DNA of 63,054 nt, counting the filler, from Gemmatimonadota bacterium (lineage in GTDB: Bacteria > 4572-55 > J002), in assembly GCA_003697105.1 (NCBI GenBank). It is 4 parts of 4 records of this genome, joined end to end, with 100 filler letters (N's around TTAATTAATTAA, not from the genome) between each part and the next. Parts side by side here need not be neighbours in the genome. Positions count along the whole stretch, not along the records: positions 51,714 to 63,054 come from RFFQ01000030.1; 3 more parts are not named here. One strand, given 5' to 3'. Made by a program: the position numbers and the translations under genes. Under the pieces are notes generated by a model. The model had not been told where the DNA came from. It saw nothing but the letters and a program-made list of their open reading frames with translations, and did no database searches. This document shows positions 58,268 through 63,054 of the stretch, one piece after another. Each line of letters starts with the position of its first letter. Within the stretch, counting starts at the first letter, position 1.

Positions 58268-58947
58268 ACACCAAATACCGGATCATTTTTATTGGGATTT
58301 GTGTGATTCTGATGACCTCAGCCATCTATATTATCGGTGAGAGTCTCCAGCAAGAACAGCAAGGTGCGGAACTGAAAGCACCTGCCACCGGCGATATACC
58401 GTCAATTCCCGTCGAAGCCGGAGTATTCCGCCGGTCGGAACAGGCGTTGACCTATGCCAATGCACCGGAAAATAACAAAAACCCACGTACGCTGGACACA
58501 TTCTATGATTTGCGGGCGTATCCCGGAGCACCACCGGTAATCCCCCATGAATTGATTAATGAGCAAAGCTATGGGGGCAAAAGTTGCTTACCGTGCCATG
58601 AAAATGGCGGTTATGTCCCCCGATTTAACGCCTACGCACCAGTGACACCGCATCCCGAAATGATCAATTGCCGCCAATGCCATGTGGCCGTCAAAACAAA
58701 AGATACCTTTAAGGAATCAAATTGGGTGACCATAATACCCCCCCCTATCAATCAGGAAGCGATGACGGGAAGTCCTCCGCCCATTCCGCACGGGTTGCAG
58801 ATGCGCGAAAATTGTCTTGCCTGCCATGCGGGACCGGCAGCGCCGACCGAAATTCGGACATCCCATCCTGAACGCATCAACTGCCGTCAATGTCATGCTT
58901 TAAATGATAAACCGACAACGGCTTGGACTCGAAACACTTCTTACTAA
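58225..58947 (+). CDS. Membrane-anchored tetraheme cytochrome c made of two NapB-like repeats
   Basis: N-terminal TM helix; CLPCH, CRQCH, CLACH, CRQCH; each pair preceded by PPxIPH; start codon uncertain. Confidence 0.85.
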   Translation: MRRESSESPQKRIVNTKYRIIFIGICVILMTSAIYIIGESLQQEQQGAELKAPATGDIPSIPVEAGVFRRSEQALTYANAPENNKNPRTLDTFYDLRAYPGAPPVIPHELINEQSYGGKSCLPCHENGGYVPRFNAYAPVTPHPEMINCRQCHVAVKTKDTFKESNWVTIIPPPINQEAMTGSPPPIPHGLQMRENCLACHAGPAAPTEIRTSHPERINCRQCHALNDKPTTAWTRNTSY

Positions 58948-58957
58948 GAGATGATCT

Positions 58958-59611
58958 ATGAAACACTTTACCCGATATTTTCTTATTGTGAGTGCTATTT
59001 TTGGTCTCTATGGGTTGGTGGGCTGTGGTAATCGGGATCATGCGGACTTTGCGGCGATAACAAAACATCGAAGTTTACCGGAACAGCTCGAACATATAAC
59101 AGAACCGAACACCAACGGCGGTGTGACCATTGACGCACTAGTTGCTGAGATTACCACCGTAGATGCCATTGGACTTCCTCCCGATATCCAACCGTTTCAG
59201 GTTAAAGATCGACTGGTTGAATTGAGCAAATATCCGTGCCTAAATTGCCATTCCAAATCCATCGAACAATTAAAAATAGAGCAGGCAGATAGCCTTCGCA
59301 ATGCCCACTGGGACGTGGAACTAAATCACGCCCCGGAACATGTGATGAAGTGTGGTACATGCCATAATGAGGAAAATTTCGATCAACTGAAAACCCTAAA
59401 CGGTGAACCAGTATCGTTTAGCCACAGTTACTTGATTTGTGCTCAATGTCACTCCCAACAACATGAGGATTGGATGATCGGTGCACACGGTAAACGGCTT
59501 GGCGGATGGGCACCACCGCGGGTCGTCAATAATTGTACACACTGCCATAACCAACACCAACCGGCGTGGGGAAAACGGTGGCCCGCTCGTGTGACTCAAA
59601 CCGTACACTAA
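58958..59611 (+). CDS. Tetraheme cytochrome c, probable lipoprotein
   Basis: Lipobox LVGC; CLNCH, CGTCH, CAQCH, CTHCH; GAHGKR. Confidence 0.88.
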   Translation: MKHFTRYFLIVSAIFGLYGLVGCGNRDHADFAAITKHRSLPEQLEHITEPNTNGGVTIDALVAEITTVDAIGLPPDIQPFQVKDRLVELSKYPCLNCHSKSIEQLKIEQADSLRNAHWDVELNHAPEHVMKCGTCHNEENFDQLKTLNGEPVSFSHSYLICAQCHSQQHEDWMIGAHGKRLGGWAPPRVVNNCTHCHNQHQPAWGKRWPARVTQTVH

Positions 59612-59627
59612 TGGAGAACAGGAAACA

Positions 59628-60776
59628 ATGAATGCGAAAAACCCTTCTCATTCAATGGAAAGTTGTAATGAAAATTGCGCAAATACGGCTGATTTAAGCA
59701 TCTCCACCTTGATCGAGGGTATGCTGGCGGAAAATATCCTCTCAACTCCTGAAAAAACAGAACGTGACTTAGAGGTGTTAATGGAGCGTAATCAAGAAGG
59801 AGATGGTTGGAACGAACCCACCGATCAAGTGATTCCCTCGGGCTACCAACAAATGGTACAGCAACCGGTGAACCGGCGAACTGCAGTAAAAATCGTTGCC
59901 GCCGGACTCCTTGCTGGTGCGGGGCTCTTCCAAACTGCATGTAGCCCCTTCGCCAGTGCCGAAGCCAGAGAAAAAGCCCAACTGAATTGGGAAGAGTACT
60001 TCAAAGGCAATTTTCGGTTAATGAGCGACGACGAAAAGGAAGCCACTGTTGCCCGGTTAGAACGCTTGTATGAACTGAACACCGGTAAACATCTTAATAT
60101 TTCGGCGGCGAATGCGCTACCGGGAGTATTGTACGGTTATGCGTTCAATATTTCCAAGTGCCGCGGTTATATGGATTGTGTGCGTGCGTGTATCAACGAA
60201 AATAATCAAGATCGTAAATCGGGAATGCAGTACATCACAATTCATGAGCATAAAAAAGGACAGATCAATTTTGAGCATGCTGAAGATGATTTTTACCATG
60301 AAGTGCCTCAAGAGGGTCATTTTTACATCGGTACACAGTGCTTTCATTGCGAAAATCCACCTTGTGTGAATGTGTGTCCCGTCAAAGCCACATGGAAGGA
60401 ACCTGACGGTATTGTGGTCGTGGATTACGATTGGTGCATCGGCTGCCGTTACTGCGAAGCCGCTTGTCCTTATGACGCACGTCGTTTTAATTGGGCGGAT
60501 CCGGTCATTCCTGAAGAAGAAGTCAACCGAAACCAGCATTATTTAGGCAACCGTCTGCGCAAAAAAGGGGTGATGGAAAAATGTACCTTCTGCATCCAGC
60601 GAACCCGAACGGGTAAAAATCCAGCCTGTGTGGAAGCCTGCCCCACCGGCGCACGAATTTTTGGAAATCTACTCGACCCCAATAGTGAAATACGCCATGT
60701 TTTGCGGACCAAAAAAGTCTTTCGATTAAAAGAAGACTTAGGTACAGAGCCAAAATTCTGGTATTTTATGGATTAG
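59628..60776 (+). CDS. NrfC/DmsB/PsrB-like iron-sulfur subunit with Tat-like motif
   Basis: CFHCENPPCVNVCP, CIGCRYCEAACP, KCTFC...PACVEACP, GTEP; NRRTAVK plus hydrophobic stretch. Alternative start at 59781. Confidence 0.93.
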   Translation: MNAKNPSHSMESCNENCANTADLSISTLIEGMLAENILSTPEKTERDLEVLMERNQEGDGWNEPTDQVIPSGYQQMVQQPVNRRTAVKIVAAGLLAGAGLFQTACSPFASAEAREKAQLNWEEYFKGNFRLMSDDEKEATVARLERLYELNTGKHLNISAANALPGVLYGYAFNISKCRGYMDCVRACINENNQDRKSGMQYITIHEHKKGQINFEHAEDDFYHEVPQEGHFYIGTQCFHCENPPCVNVCPVKATWKEPDGIVVVDYDWCIGCRYCEAACPYDARRFNWADPVIPEEEVNRNQHYLGNRLRKKGVMEKCTFCIQRTRTGKNPACVEACPTGARIFGNLLDPNSEIRHVLRTKKVFRLKEDLGTEPKFWYFMD

Positions 60777-60876
60777 CCAAAGGGGTTCATCAACGAATAA
60801 GCAGTCTTCAATGAGCGTGTCAAGCAATGGTAGGGTTCAAAGTTTACAGAACGTAACTAGATAGGAACGAAAACGT

Positions 60877-62103
60877 ATGAAAGTGTTGATCGGCTTTATT
60901 AAAGATGCGGTAATCTCGGTGACATCCGGCAGTTTAAAATACCATATCTGGATGGCATTCCTCACCTTTTTGATGCTCTGCGGTGCCTATGCCTACTCAA
61001 TTCAGATCAAAAACGGACTGATTGTTACCGGTATGAGCGACGGCGTAAGTTGGGGGCTTTACATTTCCAACTTTACCTTTTTGGTCGGTGTTGCCGCCGC
61101 CGCCGTGATGCTGGTGTTACCCACATACATCTTGAAAGATATCGATTTTTCCCGTGCCGTATTAATTGGTGAAGGGATGGCAGTTGCCGCGTTGGTCATG
61201 TGTTTAGCGTTTGTTACGGTTGATTTAGGGGGACCCGCCCGTATCTGGCACTTGATCCCCGGTATTGGCTTGTTCAATTTTCCCAACTCCATGCTCAGTT
61301 GGGATGTAATTGTTCTTAACGGCTACCTGTTTATCAATTTAACGATCCCCTTGTATATTTTGCTCTGGCATTATCAGGGGAAAGAACCGAAAAAAGCAGT
61401 TTACTTACCGGGCGTTTTTATCTCCGTCTTTTGGGCCGTGGCGATTCATATGGTGACGGCATTTTTATACGCTGGATTGGTTTCGCGCCCGTTTTGGAAT
61501 TCATCCTTGTTAGGACCACGGTTTTTAGCATCCGCCTTCGCCGCGGGACCGGCGCTGATGATCCTTGTTTTGGGGGTGATTCGCCGTAACACGGATTATT
61601 GGGTAGAAGACATCACCTTAAATAAAATAGCGCTGGTGACAACCGTAGCCGCACAAATCAACATGGTGATGCTTATCTCCGAGCTATTTAAAGAGTTTTA
61701 CTTCCCCACACACCATAGTCTGAGTGCAATCTATCTCTATTTTGGGTTGGACGGCTACGATGGATTGACTCGTTGGATTTGGCCCGCCGTGATTATGAAC
61801 CTGATCGCCACGATCATGTTGACCCTGCACCCGTTACGAAAAAATCCGTTTTTCTTAAAGCTCGCGTGTTTGATCTTATTTGTTGCCATTTGGATTGAAA
61901 AAGGAATGGGTTTAATTATCCCCGGTTTTATCCCTGGACCATGGGGGAAAATCATTGAATACACCCCAACCTGGATCGAAATTGTGGTGACTGCTGGCGT
62001 TTGGGCACTGGGTTTATTTGTATTTACCCTACTTGTTAAGATTGCAATTCCCATAGAATTAGGACAATTGCGATTTCACCAGACGGCAACAAACCAACCC
62101 TAA
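60877..62103 (+). CDS. NrfD/PsrC/DsrP-family membrane quinol-interacting subunit
   Basis: TGMSDGVSWGLYISNFTFLVGVAAAA, DLGGPARIWH, SMLSWD, HMVTAFL, IEKG, YTPTWIE; about 10 TM helices. Confidence 0.93.
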   Translation: MKVLIGFIKDAVISVTSGSLKYHIWMAFLTFLMLCGAYAYSIQIKNGLIVTGMSDGVSWGLYISNFTFLVGVAAAAVMLVLPTYILKDIDFSRAVLIGEGMAVAALVMCLAFVTVDLGGPARIWHLIPGIGLFNFPNSMLSWDVIVLNGYLFINLTIPLYILLWHYQGKEPKKAVYLPGVFISVFWAVAIHMVTAFLYAGLVSRPFWNSSLLGPRFLASAFAAGPALMILVLGVIRRNTDYWVEDITLNKIALVTTVAAQINMVMLISELFKEFYFPTHHSLSAIYLYFGLDGYDGLTRWIWPAVIMNLIATIMLTLHPLRKNPFFLKLACLILFVAIWIEKGMGLIIPGFIPGPWGKIIEYTPTWIEIVVTAGVWALGLFVFTLLVKIAIPIELGQLRFHQTATNQP

Positions 62104-62333
62104 AATGCAAAACCCAACCTGAACAAAATTTAAAGACTCTATAACGAATTGACTGACAAAACTATTTCTGAATTTATTTGATAGCTAGGTGAAAAATGTA
62201 AGTTCGATGTTATATTTTTTTAGCGCCACTGTTGTGGTTGCATTCAAAGTGAGGTTATATGATTGTTGTTTCATAAATAGAATATGATAATACCACATAC
62301 CTGTATAAATTTACCCCTACACGTTTTGGTAGG

Positions 62334-62362
62334 TTGACAGATAGTAAAATCTGTTTTATTCT
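62334..62362 (+). promoter_or_regulatory. Sigma70-type promoter
   Basis: TTGACA-17 nt-TATTCT. Confidence 0.55.
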
Positions 62363-62454
62363 TCGCTCGTTCGATTGAACAAAATGATGACACGCGCGAT
62401 CATCAGATATTTTTCTCACTAAATCGAAACTTTTATCAATATGGAGAATAACTT

Positions 62455-63054
62455 ATGAAACACCATATTCTTACCCTTATATCCATATGTTTGGCTTTGG
62501 TTTTTGTTCATCGGCTTTTGCTAATGCGATCATTTCCGATCAACTTCAAGACGAACTGAATACCGCAGGAGAAACCGAGTTCATAGAAGCAATCATTTTT
62601 ATGGTTGACCAAGTTGATACGAAAACACTAGACCGCCAACTGTATAAAGAACAAGCCTCACCCGCAGACCGAGCGTATACCGTTATTACCGCATTGCAGG
62701 ATAAAGCGAATCAGACTCAGAATAGTTTGGCAGCATATCTGGACGCGAAAACATCAGCTGAAGTAAACCAATACAAAAGTTATTGGATTGTAAATGCGGT
62801 TTTTGTTGAAGCTATCCCATCCGTTTTAAGCGAGATCAGTCTTGATCCGACTGTTTATTATATGGATAGCAATGTACCTATTGAAATTGATGAACCGGAT
62901 GCGAACTTGTATCTAGACCCTCCGGATTGTCCTGAAGAAGGTTCTGAAGATATAGAGTGTGGTATTCGAGTCATTAATGCTCCCGCACTTTGGGATTTAG
63001 GAATTACAGGCACTGGAGTTGTGGTTATGAATGTGGATACTGGTGTTGACGGTA
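62455..63054 (+). CDS. Secreted S8 (subtilisin/bacillopeptidase F-like) peptidase, 5' part; frameshift in signal peptide as assembled
   Basis: Propeptide YWIVNAVFV, then INAPALWDLGITGTGVVVMNVDTGVDG (catalytic Asp motif). ATG 62455 with GGAG RBS is out of frame by one base at the T5 run 62501-62505. Confidence 0.85.

Overview
63 kb of a draft bacterial scaffold from a diderm organism; an FCB-type lineage is my inference from gene content. Three 100-nt N gaps with TTAATTAATTAA linkers interrupt it. Most of the window is housekeeping and envelope genes: ribE, ruvB, thrS, ddl, rsmH-ftsL-ftsI, fabD-mreBCD-mrdA, rpsA and clpB. Accessory modules are (1) a large P-loop ATPase-MscS-NRDE operon; (2) PilZ-ruvB-hybrid kinase; (3) two outward-facing IS1634-type transposase ends flanking the first gap, plus two tiny elements with the same termini; (4) an HhH/beta-barrel surface-protein cluster; (5) an MBL hydrolase-CheW-CheW-MCP-lipoprotein run followed by oleA-oleB, with no cheA or oleCD; and (6) a periplasmic nitrate reductase operon preceded by an FNR-like palindrome. 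The nap operon lacks napC and napGH and instead encodes two tetraheme cytochromes, an NrfC-like Fe-S protein and an NrfD-family membrane subunit; it is the strongest candidate for an undercharacterised system. No rRNA, tRNA or CRISPR array was seen. All calls rest on motif recognition by eye, with no database searches.
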